Assembly (NCBI GenBank): GCA_050115495.1
Contig: JASFQK010000024.1
Span: 1 to 64,000 of the forward strand
Length of the DNA stretch: 64,000 nucleotides
Direction: 5' to 3'
Source: Phycisphaerae bacterium
GTDB taxonomy: Bacteria > Planctomycetota > Phycisphaerae > UBA1845 > Fen-1342
Made by a program: the position numbers and the translations under genes. Below, one piece after another: positions 50,101 through 61,307 of the stretch; positions within the stretch are counted from its first letter, which is position 1; the number at the start of each line of letters is the position of its first letter. The notes beneath the pieces were generated by a model, which was given only the letters and a program-made list of their open reading frames with translations, was not told the origin of the DNA and searched no databases.

Positions 50101-50262
50101 CACACCCACTCGCTTTGAAAGGCCCAGACCCGACCCGGGCGTCGACCGCCGCCGCGCACCGCGCACGCAGGGAGTCGGGCGTTCCCGCCAGTCCGATAGC
50201 AAGCCGTGGCGGGCAGTGGTAGCATGCAAGCAGCCGGGGCGGGTGTCAATCGTGTTGCCGCA

Positions 50263-50829
50263 ATGGCGAGCGAAATCGAGGTCAAATTCCGGCTTTCCAC
50301 ACCGCAGGGGCTGCGACGCCGCCTGCAAGAACGGGCTGCTGCGCCCGCGGGGCAGGTCACCGAGGTCAACCGGATGTTCGATACGGCGGACCGGCGTCTG
50401 CTGGCGGCCGACAGCGGGTTGCGGGTGCGCACCTGCCGGGCGGAGGGCGGCGCGACGTCGCACACGCTGACGTACAAGGGGCCACGCCGCGGCGGGCCGC
50501 TGAAGGTGCGCGAGGAGATCGAGGTCACCGTGGGTGATCCGGCCGCCCTCGGCGGCGTCCTGGCCCGGCTCGGCCTGCGGGAGGTCGTCACGTTCGAGAA
50601 GCACCGCGAGACCTGGCGCGTGGCCGACTGCACGGTGACGCTGGACGAGTTGCCGGTCCTGGGCTGGTACGCCGAGATCGAGGGCCCGTCAGCGGAGTGC
50701 GTACAGGGGGTCCGGGCGGATCTGGACCTGGCGGACACGCCGGCGGTGGAGGAAACGTACGTGCACCTCGCCGCCGCCCACGGCGTCACGGACGCCGACG
50801 GGTGCGTTCGCCTACTGTTCGAACCGTAA
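50263..50829 (+). CDS. CYTH domain protein (class IV adenylate cyclase-like)
   Basis: EIEVKF, LRVR, LTYKGP, REEIE, EKHRE, EIEG; start at 50263. Confidence 0.9.
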   Translation: MASEIEVKFRLSTPQGLRRRLQERAAAPAGQVTEVNRMFDTADRRLLAADSGLRVRTCRAEGGATSHTLTYKGPRRGGPLKVREEIEVTVGDPAALGGVLARLGLREVVTFEKHRETWRVADCTVTLDELPVLGWYAEIEGPSAECVQGVRADLDLADTPAVEETYVHLAAAHGVTDADGCVRLLFEP

Positions 50830-50861
50830 CACCGACTGTGGGAGCCGTGCAGGAAGCAGAA

Positions 50862-50890
50862 GAAGGGCCGTCGCGTGGCGGCGGCCCTTC
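50862..50890. terminator. Hairpin between convergent genes
   Basis: GAAGGGCCG...CGGCCCTTC stem; T-rich tail on the minus strand. Confidence 0.55.
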
Positions 50891-50922
50891 CGGTTACGCG
50901 GAGCCCGCGGACCAGACCCGGC

Positions 50923-52098
50923 CTAGCGACGACGCCACGCCGCCAACCCGACGAGAGCCAGGAGCACTACCGTAGCCGGCTCCGGGACACAGTACGTGGA
51001 CAGGTCCCAGTCCTTCACGTTGCCGGCGAGCGTGAAGTAGCGATCGTCGGGGAACACGATCCGCTCCCAGTCCGGCTGGTAATCCAGATCCCAGTAGAAC
51101 CGGAGCTGACCGCCGTCAGCGGATTCGAGCACTTCGGTCGGCAGCCACTCCGTGCCGGTGTCGTCGACGAGGCGGACATCCTCCTGCCGCCCCAGAATGC
51201 GGTCGGTGTAGTCGACGAGGAGCCATATTTCCTTCTCGTTCTCCTCGACATACTGGTTGTCGACGTGGAAGGTGTTGTCGTCCACCCAGGACGGATCGTC
51301 GTAGACGTCTTTGAGCGAGCCGGCCTCGCGGAAGTCGGCGTTCCAGACGCCGTCCTGGTCGGTGTCGCTGCTGAACCAGGCCACATCGTATTGGGACATC
51401 GCGTATTGCGGCTTGTTGAGACCGTCGCACAACGTGATGTAGGACTGGGCAGTCCACGCCTGGTAGTCGGACAAGTCCCAGCCACCGGCCGCCGGGAAGC
51501 TGTTCGTATACACGTCATTGCTGACGACGCCCGGGGCGGTGCGATCGGAGTCGTGCCAGACGGACTGCGAGCCGAGGCCGTTGTCGTAGTTGCCGCCGAC
51601 GAGCGTCATGCAATGTGGCGGGTAGTCCCAGCCGACGGCGACGTACTGGCAGCGAGCGAGCTCATCGAGCAGGAAGTTGTAGTCGGGCCGGCCCAGCGGC
51701 GGGTCATACTGATACACGGCGGTCACATCCGTGTAGCCGTTGAGCGGGCGGTACTCGACCGAGTCCGGGTTCTTGCCGTAGGTGTAAAGCCAGTAGTTGA
51801 TGGCCCGATCGGCCCAGCCCAGGTTGTTCCAGCCGAGATCGGTGATGAGCTGGTTGTAGATGCTCTGGGCGCGCAGTTGGGCCGAGGCGCCCGTCCCGTA
51901 GCCGGCCCCGCCGAGCAGGTTGGCGGCGGCCGCCTGCCAGCAACTGTTGTCGCCGGCGTCGGGCCAGCCCGGCAGCTCGGGCCGGTCGAGCTTATTCACG
52001 TCGGGCACGTCTTTGAACACGTCCCAGTCGTCTCCGCCGAGTGCCCCGGCGGCCAGCAGGCCGACGACAGCCAATGCCATGAAACCTCTGCTGATCAT
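50923..52098 (-). CDS. PEP-CTERM exported protein with papain-clan (IdeS/Mac-like) cysteine protease motifs
   Basis: GAGGAGG RBS + ATG 52098; signal peptide; DNSCWQAAAANLL, HCMTLVGGNYD, DSD; C-terminal VPEPATVVLLALVGLAAWRRR. Confidence 0.75.
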   Translation of the reverse strand: MISRGFMALAVVGLLAAGALGGDDWDVFKDVPDVNKLDRPELPGWPDAGDNSCWQAAAANLLGGAGYGTGASAQLRAQSIYNQLITDLGWNNLGWADRAINYWLYTYGKNPDSVEYRPLNGYTDVTAVYQYDPPLGRPDYNFLLDELARCQYVAVGWDYPPHCMTLVGGNYDNGLGSQSVWHDSDRTAPGVVSNDVYTNSFPAAGGWDLSDYQAWTAQSYITLCDGLNKPQYAMSQYDVAWFSSDTDQDGVWNADFREAGSLKDVYDDPSWVDDNTFHVDNQYVEENEKEIWLLVDYTDRILGRQEDVRLVDDTGTEWLPTEVLESADGGQLRFYWDLDYQPDWERIVFPDDRYFTLAGNVKDWDLSTYCVPEPATVVLLALVGLAAWRRR

Positions 52099-52581
52099 GT
52101 CTTCCTCCTCGTCCTCGTGGACGAACACCCCCGGTTCCGTCACGTGAACCGGTTTCCTGCCGCGCGATTTCGGCAGGCCCCTCATCCGCTCGAAGGCCGC
52201 GGGGTCAATGCCCCGCGCTCTGCGTGGGACGCGCGACGCCAGCAACGCGCTTGCAGCACATGCGTCCAACGACACGCCTACGCACCGAGGAGTGCGCCAT
52301 CACCAATGAACAACCGGGTGGACAGGTCGAACGGCCTCTCACCCACTCACAGAAATGCAGCTCCCGTCCGAAGGAACGGGAACGTGACGTCCGCGCTCGC
52401 CGAACTCAGCAACGCCGGGAGCTTCGGCACGCCCTTCAGTCGCGAGCCGTCACCGGCCGGCGGAGGCGGACTCGAACCGGCCGAACGTCTCGACATTCTC
52501 GGCATACAGTACGCTTCTGCCGGCCGCGTGGAATCCGCATGTGGGCCGTCGGCTATTCAGCCAATGCGCCGGCCGGCGTTT

Positions 52582-52941
52582 TCAGACCTCACCGCGCTGG
52601 GGCGATTGCAGGCGACCCATTTCGTCGGCGGTGGAAAGGGCAAGGTGCTCTGCGAAGACGCGCACGAGGAGACCGGCCCGGCTGCGCACGTCGAGCTTGT
52701 GGTAGACACGCTCCAGGTGCGTGTGCACAGTGTGCGCGGAGATTCTCAAGGCGCGGGCGATCGCTGCCTCGGTTTGATCCTGGAAGATGCACTGGAGGAT
52801 CTGTAGTTCACGTTCAGACAAGCGCAGGGCCTGGCCGAGGCGAGACCACTGCGCGTCGGTCAGGATCTCCTGCCCCTGCTCAGGAACCCAGTTCCCCCCG
52901 CGCCCCGGCTGTAACTCCGAACGCGGCGGTTCAGCGGCCAT
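52582..52941 (-). CDS. Stand-alone LuxR-type HTH regulator
   Basis: LSERELQIL...IARALRISAHTVHTHLERVYHKLDV; start uncertain (52941 or 52971). Confidence 0.85.
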   Translation of the reverse strand: MAAEPPRSELQPGRGGNWVPEQGQEILTDAQWSRLGQALRLSERELQILQCIFQDQTEAAIARALRISAHTVHTHLERVYHKLDVRSRAGLLVRVFAEHLALSTADEMGRLQSPQRGEV

Positions 52942-53117
52942 GACATACCCCTCATCATCCCGGGAAGGCATTGGCGGCTGGGTTCGGTCGCCGTCATGGG
53001 CCGGCGCCGGGCACCACAGACGTGCTGCCGCATACCGCCCGGGACATGTTGTCCATACGCAGGTCTGAAGCTGGGCTCCCTCAAGCCCGGTCGAACTGCG
53101 CCCGAATCATAAAGTGC

Positions 53118-53145
53118 ATATTAAACCCCCGAAACGGCACGTCAA
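53118..53145 (-). promoter_or_regulatory. Putative sigma-70 promoter upstream of the LuxR-type gene
   Basis: TTGACG-N16-TAATAT in a locally AT-rich patch. Confidence 0.5.
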
Positions 53146-53162
53146 GACTAAGTGCGCAAACC

Positions 53163-54107
53163 TTATGAACAACTGGCCCGAACACGGAGCATTCCGGCCA
53201 GCCAGCGGCGCAGCGCGCCGTCGTCCCCGACCAACTGCCCAAAGCGGATGATCGATGACTGAATGGCTCCGCGACCCACCTTGGCCCGCTCCGGATCACG
53301 CTCCGCCCGGGCCAGCGTCATCGCGCCCCAGGCGATCGGCAGACCACAGAACGACCGCAGGCCGGCGGCATGAGCCGGCAACGCCAAAACGAACTCCACA
53401 CCCTTCTGGAGGCTCTGCCGGGCCTCATTCAGCACGGCCCGGTAAATCTCCGCCGACGAAACCTCGTTGCCCACCGGCGTAGGCAGATAGCGGCGACCTT
53501 GCTGGGAATCCTTTAGGGCGTCTTTGAGGATATTGACGAGCTGAAGTCCGATACCCAATTCGACCGCCAACTCGCGCAGGTTGGTCAGCGCTGGGATGCG
53601 CAGGAAGTGCGCCATCATCCGACAGAGCATCTCCCCGACGACGCCGGCCACGTAGTAGCAGTACTCGCGCAGCTCCCCGGCGTCGCGGATGGCGGGATAG
53701 GGCGCCCCACGGGCCGCGGCCCGCTCGGCAAGCTCCCCCACGCCCGTGATCATCTTCCGGGCACATTCGCGGACGGCCGCCCCATGCTCGGCGTCGAGGG
53801 CAGCGATCCGGGACAGGACCTCACGCATCTGGGCCATCAGCCGGCGCTCGGCGGGAATCTCCCCGATCGGCCGGGCTAGGCTGTCCGGCACGTCCACCGC
53901 CGGATCGTCCAGAACCGCCATCAGGCTGGCGAAATGCTCGCGTCGCTCGGCGGCGGAGAGTTCCGGGGCGTCCTCGATGGTGTCCACGATGCGCATGAGC
54001 AGGTAGGCCAGCCCGACCGGGTCGGCCAGGCCGCGCGGCAACATCGGGATCAGAATCGCGTAAGTGCGCGAGACGCCCTTCAGGTGCTCGGCGATGAAGC
54101 TGTCCAT
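53163..54107 (-). CDS. Squalene/phytoene synthase family (squalene-synthase-like)
   Basis: VSRTY, YLLMRIVDTIED, YCYYVAGVVG, GLQLVNILKD, GRRYLP. Confidence 0.88.
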   Translation of the reverse strand: MDSFIAEHLKGVSRTYAILIPMLPRGLADPVGLAYLLMRIVDTIEDAPELSAAERREHFASLMAVLDDPAVDVPDSLARPIGEIPAERRLMAQMREVLSRIAALDAEHGAAVRECARKMITGVGELAERAAARGAPYPAIRDAGELREYCYYVAGVVGEMLCRMMAHFLRIPALTNLRELAVELGIGLQLVNILKDALKDSQQGRRYLPTPVGNEVSSAEIYRAVLNEARQSLQKGVEFVLALPAHAAGLRSFCGLPIAWGAMTLARAERDPERAKVGRGAIQSSIIRFGQLVGDDGALRRWLAGMLRVRASCS

Positions 54108-54157
54108 GGCTCGCGCCGCCCGCTCCCGGCTGTTTGGTCCCCCAGTCCGTCCGTCCG

Positions 54158-56152
54158 CTACGAATCCTTACGGATGGTACGCGAGACCTCACGCGGTGTC
54201 GAGCGAATGGCATCCGCACCCTCACGGGCGGCCCGGACGGCCCGGCGCACCACCGCGGCGATGCCCGCCGCGTCGATGCCGGCCGAGGCCAACTGGGCAC
54301 TGCGGGCCCCGTGGGCGTAGAAGTCGTTTTCCGCCAGGCCGAGTCTGATTACGTTCTCGGTCGGCAGGCCGAGGCGGTTGGCCGTCTCCAGAACGGCGCT
54401 GCCGAAGCCGCCGGACACGGAGTGGTCCTCGACGGTGACCACCGGCGTGCCGCGGGTAATCGCCGTGGTGACCATGTCGGCGTCGATCGGCTTGGCGAAG
54501 CGAGCGTTGACGACGGTGATGAAGATGTCGTCCTGCTCCAGCGTGCGGGCGGCGTCGAGGGCGAACTGCACCTCGGAGCCGTAGGCCAGGACGGTCGCGT
54601 CCGGCCCCTCCCGCATGACCCGGGATTTGCCCAGGTAGAACGGGGGTGTCTCGCCGTACGGCGTCGGCACCGTGTCCCGCGGGTAGCGCATGGCGAACGG
54701 CCCGTCGAGCTTCAGCCCGAAGCGCAGGGCGGCGAGCAGCTCGGGCTCGTCCGCCGGGGCCATGAGGACCATGCGCTGGAACGGGCGGAGGAAGGCGATA
54801 TCGAGGTAGCCGTGGTGCACGGCGCCGTCACCGCCGACCACGCCGGCCCGGTCGATGCACAGGCCCACGGGCAACCCTTGCAGGACGAACTCCTGGAAGA
54901 CCTGGTCAAAGGCTCGCTGGAGGAACGTTGAGTAGATGCAGGCCAGCGGGCGCAGGCCGGACTTGGCCATGCCGGCGGCGACGTCCACGGTGCAGCTTTC
55001 GGCGATGCCGCAGTCGAGCACCTGCTCCGGGAACTCGTTGCGCACCTGGGCCAGGCCGGTGCCATCGGGCATGGCGGCGGTGAGGGCGTGGACGCGGGGA
55101 TCCTCGCGCATAATCTCGATGACCGCCCCTGCCAACGCGCTGGTCCAGCTCTTCCGCTCGCTCTTTACCGGTGAGACGGTGTCGCCCGTGACGGTCAGCT
55201 TGCCGGGGCTGTGGTAGGCACAGGGATCGGCGGACGCCCAGTGGCAGCCGCGGCCCTTCTCCGTATGCACGTGCAGCAGGACGGGATGCGGAACGTCTTT
55301 GAGCAGCGCGAGAATCTCGGTGAGACTGCGGAGATCGTGGCCGTCGACGGGGCCGAGGTACATGAAGCCGAGCTGCTCGAAGATCTGCTCGGGCGAAACC
55401 GAGGCCTTGATGCTGCGCTTCAGGTGCTCGAGGGCGCCGTAGACGCTCTTGCCGACGAGCGGCACGCGAGGCAGCGCCGCCTCGACCTGCGCCTTGGCCT
55501 CGCCGTAAATGCTGCTGGTGCGGAAGCGGGCCAGGTACTTCGCCAGACCGCCCTGCGTCTTCGAGATGCCCATCGAGTTGTCGTTGAGCACGACGAGGAA
55601 CTGGCGGCGGAGCGTGCCGGCCTGGTTGAGCCCCTCGAAGGCCAGACCGTTGACGATGCTGGCGTCACCGACGAGGGCCACGACGTGGTTCTTCCGGCCG
55701 AGGGCGGCATCGCCGCGGGCCAGGCCCGTCGCGGTGGCGATGGCGGTGCCGGCATGGCCGACGTCGAACAGGTCGTAATCACTTTCGCCCTGGCTCGGAA
55801 AACCGCTGAGGCCGCCGGCCTGACGGAGCGTGTGGAAACGGGCGGCGCGGCCGGTGACGAGCTTGTGCACGTAGCACTGGTGGCCAACGTCCCACAGCAG
55901 GCGGTCGGTGCGGAAATCGAAGACGCGGTGCAGAGCGAGGGTCAGCTCGACGACGCCGAGATTGCTGGCCAGGTGCCCGCCGCACTGGCAGACGGTTTCG
56001 ATAATCCGCGTCCGGATCTCGGTCGCCAGCCGCTCGACCTGGTCCAGCGGGAGCCGGCGCAGGTCGTCGGGCGATTCGATCGTTTCGAGGATTCTGCTGT
56101 TCACGGGGGGCTCCGTTGCATCGGGCGGCCGGACGAGCCGGTCAATGGTCAC
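54158..56152 (-). CDS. dxs: 1-deoxy-D-xylulose-5-phosphate synthase
   Basis: GGHLASNLG, WDVGHQ.Y.HK, GDAS...AFEGLN, LNDN, IYSTFLQRA, DGAVHHG. Start may be 56104. Confidence 0.97.
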   Translation of the reverse strand: MTIDRLVRPPDATEPPVNSRILETIESPDDLRRLPLDQVERLATEIRTRIIETVCQCGGHLASNLGVVELTLALHRVFDFRTDRLLWDVGHQCYVHKLVTGRAARFHTLRQAGGLSGFPSQGESDYDLFDVGHAGTAIATATGLARGDAALGRKNHVVALVGDASIVNGLAFEGLNQAGTLRRQFLVVLNDNSMGISKTQGGLAKYLARFRTSSIYGEAKAQVEAALPRVPLVGKSVYGALEHLKRSIKASVSPEQIFEQLGFMYLGPVDGHDLRSLTEILALLKDVPHPVLLHVHTEKGRGCHWASADPCAYHSPGKLTVTGDTVSPVKSERKSWTSALAGAVIEIMREDPRVHALTAAMPDGTGLAQVRNEFPEQVLDCGIAESCTVDVAAGMAKSGLRPLACIYSTFLQRAFDQVFQEFVLQGLPVGLCIDRAGVVGGDGAVHHGYLDIAFLRPFQRMVLMAPADEPELLAALRFGLKLDGPFAMRYPRDTVPTPYGETPPFYLGKSRVMREGPDATVLAYGSEVQFALDAARTLEQDDIFITVVNARFAKPIDADMVTTAITRGTPVVTVEDHSVSGGFGSAVLETANRLGLPTENVIRLGLAENDFYAHGARSAQLASAGIDAAGIAAVVRRAVRAAREGADAIRSTPREVSRTIRKDS

Positions 56153-57062
56153 GGGCGATCACGTAGCGGGCCATTTCGCGAAGACGATCAGCACGCTCGC
56201 CAAACATGTCGACGGCGGCCAGGGCGGCGGCCACCTCCTCGTGCGCCCGGCGGCGGCTCGCTTCGGTGCCGTGGGCGGCGGGGTAGGTCTGCTTGGCCGC
56301 GGCGGCGTCTTTGCCGACCTGCTTGCCCAGGGCCGCGGTCGAGCCGGTCACATCCAACAAATCATCGGTGATCTGAAACGCCAATCCTAAGTGGCGGCCG
56401 TAGTCGCTTACCGCCTCGCGGGCCGCGGCATCGGCCCCGGCGCACAAAGCGCCCATCCGACACGTGGCCTCGATCAATCGGGCGGTCTTGTGCAAGTGGA
56501 TGTACTCCACCAGGGTGGCGTCGGTCGGCCGCTCTTCGCCGTCCACGTCGGCGCCCTGGCCCTCGACCATCCCCAGGGCTCCGGCCGCCAGGGCCTGACC
56601 GAGAGACGCGGCCAACTCCGCCGGATACGCCTCCAGCAGCAGCGCGAACGCATGCGTGGCCAGCCAGTCGCCGGCGAGAATCGCCATGGCCTCGCCGAAG
56701 ACCTTGTGGTTGGAGGGCTGCCCGCGGCGGAGATCGTCGTCGTCCATGGCCGGCAGATCGTCGTGGATGAGCGAAAATGCGTGCACGCACTCCACGGCGA
56801 TACCGGCGGTCAGGGCGACCACTTCGACGCCGCCGCAACAGCGACAGCACTCCATCAGTAATACCGGGCGAAAACGCTTCCCGGGCAGCGCCACTGAATA
56901 CCGTACGGCTTCACCCAGGCGACTGTGCGTCCCAAGTGAAGTTTCCAGCTTTTTCAAATGCGTTGTGATCGCCGCGTTGACGCGGGCCAGCGCACCCGCA
57001 TACCACTCCAGCCCGACCGGCACCCCCGGCGAACTCGCGGCGCGCTCCGTACTGACGTTCAC
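56142..57062 (-). CDS. ispA: Polyprenyl (farnesyl) diphosphate synthase
   Basis: GKRFRP, SLIHDDLPAMDDDDLRRG, AILAGD, KT, FQITDDLLD; start approximate. Confidence 0.92.
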   Translation of the reverse strand: MNVSTERAASSPGVPVGLEWYAGALARVNAAITTHLKKLETSLGTHSRLGEAVRYSVALPGKRFRPVLLMECCRCCGGVEVVALTAGIAVECVHAFSLIHDDLPAMDDDDLRRGQPSNHKVFGEAMAILAGDWLATHAFALLLEAYPAELAASLGQALAAGALGMVEGQGADVDGEERPTDATLVEYIHLHKTARLIEATCRMGALCAGADAAAREAVSDYGRHLGLAFQITDDLLDVTGSTAALGKQVGKDAAAAKQTYPAAHGTEASRRRAHEEVAAALAAVDMFGERADRLREMARYVIARDH

Positions 57063-57207
57063 AGCTTGGCCAGCTCCTCGGCGGCTCGTCGGCCCGACGA
57101 CCCCAATCCAAACAACGCAGCATAATGGCGGACGGGCCGGCTTGCCAACCCCCGGCCGCTCCGATAATGTCGCACCCGCCACACATAAGGGCCATTGTTT
57201 CGCATCC

Positions 57208-57792
57208 ATGAACCCACGGCTGACACCCGATTTCGTCCTCAGCGGCTACCGCGCCGGCGTCTTTCCCATGGCCGACGACGCCGGCGACATCTACTGGTAC
57301 AGCCCCGACCCGCGGACGATCTTCGACCTCGAGGGCTTCAAGGTCTCCCGTTCGCTGCGCAAGACCATTCAGCGAGAGGTGTTCGAGGTCCGAGTCGATA
57401 CGGCGTTTGATGAGGTGATCGCCGCCTGCGCCGACCGCCCGGAGGGCACGTGGATCTCGACGAGGATCATGAAGGTGTACTCCGCCCTGCATCGGGCGGG
57501 ACACGCCCATTCGGTCGAGTCGTGGCAGGAGGGGCGGCTGGCAGGCGGACTGTACGGCGTGAGCATCGGCGGGGCGTTCTTCGGCGAGTCGATGTTCTAT
57601 CGCGTGACGGACGCGTCGAAGGTAGCGCTGGCGGCGTTGGTGACGCGGCTGCGCGAGCGGGGGTTCAGGCTGCTCGACACGCAATGGACGACGCGGCACC
57701 TCGAGCAGTTCGGCGTGATCGAGGTGTCCCGCCGGGTGTACCTCTCGCTATTGCGGCGCGCCCTGGCACGGCCGTGCACGTTCGTGGATTGA
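57208..57792 (+). CDS. aat: Leucyl/phenylalanyl-tRNA--protein transferase
   Basis: Y..G.FPM, SPDPR, TWI, AHSVE, GGLYG...FFGESMF, DASKVAL, DTQ; start at 57208. Confidence 0.95.
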   Translation: MNPRLTPDFVLSGYRAGVFPMADDAGDIYWYSPDPRTIFDLEGFKVSRSLRKTIQREVFEVRVDTAFDEVIAACADRPEGTWISTRIMKVYSALHRAGHAHSVESWQEGRLAGGLYGVSIGGAFFGESMFYRVTDASKVALAALVTRLRERGFRLLDTQWTTRHLEQFGVIEVSRRVYLSLLRRALARPCTFVD

Positions 57793-57868
57793 GGCGGCGG
57801 TGCGGTGTGCGAGACGTTTGTCGCAGGCGACGTCGGCCACGGGGGGCCGACGCTACGATGCCGTCCGA

Positions 57869-59839
<1,971 letters not shown>

Positions 59840-59930
59840 GTTGCGACGCTCTCCCAGGTTGTTGTACGTCAGACAGGAAGAGCATGCATTGTTGAGGAAG
59901 GTGTGGCGCGGGTCAACGGCGGGAATCCGC

Positions 59931-59951
59931 GGCGGGCAGAACCCACCCTAC
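59931..59951 (-). repeat. GTAG-type REP (GTAGGGTGGGTTCTGCCCGCC)
   Basis: GTAG foot + GGTGGG/CCCGCC stem; related degenerate copy at 124-141. Confidence 0.55.
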
Positions 59952-59972
59952 CATGGGCCGGGGTTCGGGCGC

Positions 59973-60010
59973 AATAAACTGGGCGGCCGGCTCCACGTGG
60001 CCGACCGCCC
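59973..60010 (-). terminator. Intrinsic terminator after the small-gene pair
   Basis: GGGCGGTCGGC...GCCGGCCGCCC followed by AGTTTATT. Confidence 0.6.
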
Positions 60011-60044
60011 GCGAGAGAAAGATGCGACCTGGTGGCGGAGCCTG

Positions 60045-60323
60045 TCAGAAGTCGACCCGCACGTCCATTGTGTGGGCCAGGGCCCGAGCCTGATTGACGC
60101 CGAGATAGGGGTTTTCACTGATCTTCGTTACGAGCAACGGTTCGGAGCCGATCAGGTTGATGGGCGGGTGCCGTGCTGCGCCAAGACCGTCGCCGGGTAT
60201 GCGCAGCAAGTGACCGCTCCAATTGCACACGTACGTGCCGGGTCCGCCGATTTCGTCGAAGGGGACGGTTGCCCCGACCACCACGCCGCCGATGATGAGC
60301 GACGGATCCTCAAGTCTCGCCAT
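60045..60323 (-). CDS. Small conserved hypothetical protein (YVCNWxGHLLR family), paralog 1
   Basis: GGAGG RBS; ungapped similarity to 60678-60974. Confidence 0.85.
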   Translation of the reverse strand: MARLEDPSLIIGGVVVGATVPFDEIGGPGTYVCNWSGHLLRIPGDGLGAARHPPINLIGSEPLLVTKISENPYLGVNQARALAHTMDVRVDF

Positions 60324-60596
60324 CCGTACTACCTCCCGGCTCGCGGTGTGAGCGCACCGAGAGCGCGGCTCCTATGGCCCGAATCTTGTTTGTTGCAATG
60401 CTCGCGACCCGAACGGCCGGCCGGCCGACGTCCTGTCAACCGGTCCGCACGCCGGGTATGGCCCGACTATGGCAGTGGCGCTTGTGACTCGTCGACCGTT
60501 ACCGGAGTCGAGCGGGCGCTCCGCCCCGCGTCACGACCGATCCGTTCCTGTGGCAATCAAGGAGGCGCCGAGTTCCACACTGCCTGATGCACACTA

Positions 60597-60625
60597 AGTT
60601 TTGCACAGCCTGTTGCGAATGTCAA
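60597..60625 (-). promoter_or_regulatory. Putative sigma-70 promoter
   Basis: TTGACA-N17-AAAACT about 270 nt upstream of ATG 60323. Confidence 0.45.
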
Positions 60626-60677
60626 AAAAAAGACGGCAAGAGCGCAGAGTACGTCGCGGCGCGGCGTACACGATGCG

Positions 60678-60974
60678 CTAGAAGTCGGCGGTGATGCTGA
60701 AGTCGGCGGCGAGGCGCTTCGCTTCGGCGACGGAAACGTCGGGGTCGTCGCTGATCTTGGTGACCATGAGCGGCGTGCTGCCTACGATGTTGATCGCCGG
60801 CGAACTGTCGCGGCTGAGCGCGCCGCGCGGCACGCGCAGCAGGTGCCCGTCCCAGTTGCAGACGTACGCCCCGGGCGTGTCCACATAATCAAACGGCACC
60901 GAGGCTCCGAGAGTGGTCGCGGCGGACTGGGCGTGACGGCTCACGCTGACGGCGGTCTTCATCTCATCTCTCAT
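60678..60974 (-). CDS. Small conserved hypothetical protein (YVCNWxGHLLR family), paralog 2
   Basis: 39/76 identity (hand count) to paralog 1. Confidence 0.85.
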   Translation of the reverse strand: MRDEMKTAVSVSRHAQSAATTLGASVPFDYVDTPGAYVCNWDGHLLRVPRGALSRDSSPAINIVGSTPLMVTKISDDPDVSVAEAKRLAADFSITADF

Positions 60975-61307
60975 AATTCACCCACTACTTGGATACGCAG
61001 TCGCTCCAACCGGCGGAGCGATCTGCCGGGAGCGGGGCTCCCCTGCCAACTCGGCGAAGCTGGACCCGCAAACGCGAGACCCGGGAGGCCCACGGTCAAC
61101 CTCTCCTGACCGAGCCTTCCCGTCATCCTTATCGGTCGCGCAAATCTTTCCACTTGAGTTGCCGCCCCGGGGACACGCCGTCGCCGCCCCGTCAGCGTCC
61201 GCTTATGCTACGATACGCCCCGCGCGGTGCTGGTTCGGCCACGATCCGGTGAGAATCGTGTGAATTCCGGGTGTTCCCGCCGCGCTAGTCGACCGGAGAC
61301 CGGCAGC

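Noticed and set aside
52455..52490. tRNA T-arm-like GGTTCGAGTCC on the minus strand (possible att site or selC remnant)
   Set aside because: Stem is mismatched, no cloverleaf can be built and no integrase is nearby.
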